Under the pieces are notes generated by a model that was not told where the DNA came from, made no database searches, and saw only the letters and a program-made list of their open reading frames with translations. The position numbers and the translations under genes were made by a program. A stretch of 37,488 nucleotides of DNA from Thermoplasmata archaeon (GTDB lineage Archaea; Thermoplasmatota; Thermoplasmata; RBG-16-68-12; JAFNFQ01), in the NCBI GenBank assembly GCA_041489255.1, contig JBGPQV010000024.1, forward strand, positions 1 through 37,488. Reading direction: 5' to 3'. Shown here piece after piece: positions 35,527-37,488 of this stretch (its first letter is position 1; the number at the start of each line of letters is the position of its first letter).

Positions 35527-36207
35527 CTAGGCGGCCGGTGGTGCAACGGAAGTCGAAGAAGGTTTCGGCGACCCCGCAGGGACTCTGCGGCAAGCGTCGA
35601 TATAGGCGACTATGAGTAGAGCATAGGTCGGTGCGAGATAGGATTCAGGGCCGGCAATCGATGCACTGAGGGTTCCATCGGCGAGCGTGCGAGTCTGAAG
35701 GACTAGGACGATCGCGCCGAAATCCTGGGCAAGGACTTGCCCGATCCAGAAGGATACAACTGCGGCCCACCCAAGGGCGACGAGGAGGAGGAATCTACCG
35801 ACCATTGCCGTTAGATGAAAGGCGATCAGGACATATGTCGCGAAGGTGAGAAGCAGTGAAGCCATGACCGCAACGCCGAATCCCCAGGACACCCACTAAG
35901 ATATAGGCGCGGCAGAGCCGTAACTGCACCAGACAAGCAGTGCGACGGCACCGATGAGAGCTAAGAGGCTGAACCCGAACGCCCAATGAGCGTGCCTAAA
36001 TCGCCGACTGAGGAGATCGTTCCACTCGTGGCGTCCCAACCATAGGACAAGGATTCCGGCCAGGGTAATGAGGGGCCCCAGGATGAAGAACGAAGCTGCG
36101 TAGGGCAGCCGGTAGCTGCGGCTTAGATAAGTGTACGCCTCAATCGCCCCTTCGATTGCGAATCCTAATGACAGAATCGCAAGGGTGAGGCGGAGCTTGG
36201 ACACCAT
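35527..36207 (-). pseudogene. Multi-TM membrane protein gene interrupted by one in-frame TAG at 35896-35898
   Basis: ORFs 35896..36222 and 35527..35892 share a frame; the junction reads APIS-TAG-WVSWGFG and the hydrophobic pattern continues across it. Confidence 0.7.
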
Positions 36208-36282
36208 AGGCGATCGCCCCACGCCTCCGGGCCCTATTAGGAGACCAACACCGCAGCAAGCGATACAGGCATTTCCATCACC

Positions 36283-36402
36283 TCACGTCTTCATGATGTC
36301 TCGGCCTGCTTTGCGCTCTCGGACACGACCGCGTCCACCCGGGGACCCAGCGGCACGTCCCTTGGCCGCGGTCATCCTACCGCCTCTGCTCTTCTTTGCC
36401 AT
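36283..36402 (-). CDS. Putative 39-aa basic protein MAKKSRGGRMTAAKGRAAGSPGGRGRVRERKAGRDIMKT
   Basis: ATG preceded by GATGTGA-AAAAAC; same strand as its neighbours; below the ORF-track cutoff. Confidence 0.35.
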   Translation of the reverse strand: MAKKSRGGRMTAAKGRAAGSPGGRGRVRERKAGRDIMKT

Positions 36403-36470
36403 GTTTTTTCACATCTACAGCTTTTTTTCTCCTTGTCGATCGTCATTCGCCCTTCGCGAGGCAGGCTTGG

Positions 36471-37190
36471 TCACGGCTTGGTCACGGTATTGGCGTCTAG
36501 TGTAACCGCGCCAATCCGTGCCATCGCCCTGCCTTGCAGCGTTGCGCCGTTGTTCAGCGAGACGGACTGATCCGCCATGATCGTTCCGATGAAGGTCGAG
36601 TTCGTTCCGAGAGTCGCGGAAGTGCCGACCTGCCAGAAGACGTTGGAAGCCCTCGCGTTGCCAATCAGAATCACGTGGAGGTTGGCTGCCGTGTCGAGGG
36701 TGGACGCCATCTGGAAGATGAATACCGCGTTCCCGTTGCCCTGGGCGTCCAGGGTTAGATCCCCGGAGGATATCTGAAGACCGGACGTGGACTTGTAGAG
36801 ACCAGGCGTGAGGGTTTGTCCTCCAAGGTTTCCGGCCACGCTCACGGGACACAGGGTTCGTCCAGCGGCATCGTTGTACGCGGTGGTCAAGTCAGCAATG
36901 GCCCCGGCAGCAACCGTATCGGTTATATGACTCGTCCCGACCACTGTTCCGGGCGGGAATCCGGTCACCGCGCTGCCTGGAAACACGCCGAGATCCCCGT
37001 TGACCGTGGTCGGACCGGTGTTGGTCACCGTCGCGCCCGCCAGGACGGCGAAATTGGCGGCCGTTCCGAGGGCTACTGCGCTTTGGCTGCATGCGGATTG
37101 CGACTTGGTCAGCAAGATGTAGCCTGCCCCAAGTACCACCGCCACGAGGGCAATCGCGACGATCGCAACGACCATTTTCTTTCGAACCAT
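36471..37190 (-). CDS. Ice-binding-like protein (DUF3494), N-terminal membrane anchor
   Basis: LGTAANFAVLAG..VTNTG.T.V.GDLGV.PG, AYNDAAGR, LGGQTLTPGLY, FIFQ, NVFWQVG.SATLG, VTLDANTVTKP; AGGTGAT SD. Confidence 0.92.
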   Translation of the reverse strand: MVRKKMVVAIVAIALVAVVLGAGYILLTKSQSACSQSAVALGTAANFAVLAGATVTNTGPTTVNGDLGVFPGSAVTGFPPGTVVGTSHITDTVAAGAIADLTTAYNDAAGRTLCPVSVAGNLGGQTLTPGLYKSTSGLQISSGDLTLDAQGNGNAVFIFQMASTLDTAANLHVILIGNARASNVFWQVGTSATLGTNSTFIGTIMADQSVSLNNGATLQGRAMARIGAVTLDANTVTKP

Positions 37191-37246
37191 ACTATCACCT
37201 TCTCCGATGTCGGAAGTCGTCCTTCCTTGCCATTCTTACTTCACCT

Positions 37247-37390
37247 CTACCTGATCCTGATTATCCCCATCAGCACCAAGACTATAACGGCTATTATTAT
37301 GGCTCCAAGAAGGCCGAAAATAAACCAGCCTATCAGGAATGCCACGACTGAGCCCAATCCGATGTGAGACCACTGCACGGTTACTGCCAT
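37247..37390 (-). CDS. 47-aa membrane protein MAVTVQWSHIGLGSVVAFLIGWFIFGLLGAIIIAVIVLVLMGIIRIR
   Basis: Clean ATG..TAG ORF with a hydrophobic hairpin and basic end, tightly packed in a minus-strand cluster; not in the ORF track. Confidence 0.7.
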   Translation of the reverse strand: MAVTVQWSHIGLGSVVAFLIGWFIFGLLGAIIIAVIVLVLMGIIRIR

Positions 37391-37400
37391 GCGTCCCACA

Positions 37401-37488
37401 TCACAGAGGACCCACAATCGTGGGCAGGAACCAGCCTACGACGATCGCGACGAGCCACACCACGACCGCGACCGCGAGCGCTCTGAGC
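37401..37488 (-). CDS. 3' end of a membrane protein running off the window (..LRALAVAVVVWLVAIVVGWFLPTIVGPL)
   Basis: Open hydrophobic frame ending in TGA 10 nt before the next ATG. Confidence 0.6.
   Translation of the reverse strand, partial: LRALAVAVVVWLVAIVVGWFLPTIVGPL

Noticed and set aside
1-37488. Genome-wide reassignment of TAG to pyrrolysine
   Set aside because: At least a dozen genes, including rpl10e, queE, mvaD, porB and idsA, end at TAG at their expected lengths, and no pyl genes are in the window.

Overview
GC-rich archaeal chromosomal window, most likely Thermoplasmatota (inferred from RadB, L10e/uL16, Dph2, archease, tRNA-Arg(GCG), TATA boxes, a PEF-CTERM tail and the style of the surface proteins). 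The left 11.6 kb holds two convergent giant envelope proteins. One (5'-truncated) has lamin-tail, vWA/MIDAS and Ig-like domains, three TM helices and a PH-like cytoplasmic tail. The other (2306 aa) fuses a degenerate KaiC/RecA-type ATPase, a zinc ribbon and xNG repeats, through a TM helix, to 14 integrin-alpha FG-GAP repeats and a PEF-CTERM anchor. The middle is mostly housekeeping: radB, PadR plus ABC-2 exporter, ipk-fni-idsA, rpl10e, mfnA/adc, dph2, queC/queE, archease, HAD, a haloarchaeal-type phosphomevalonate decarboxylase, adk and por(G-D)/A/B. It is interrupted by a non-coding array of about 12 palindromic TTC-N6-GAA units at about 21-bp period (18319-18560) and two secreted proteins. 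After tRNA-Arg lies an accessory tract with a metallophosphoesterase, an M50 protease, an amber-interrupted membrane gene, a DUF3494 ice-binding-like protein and several unannotated small ORFs. Best candidates for something new: the integrin-like giant protein pair with cytoplasmic signalling-type modules, and the phased palindrome array. All domain calls are by motif recognition; no database searches were run.
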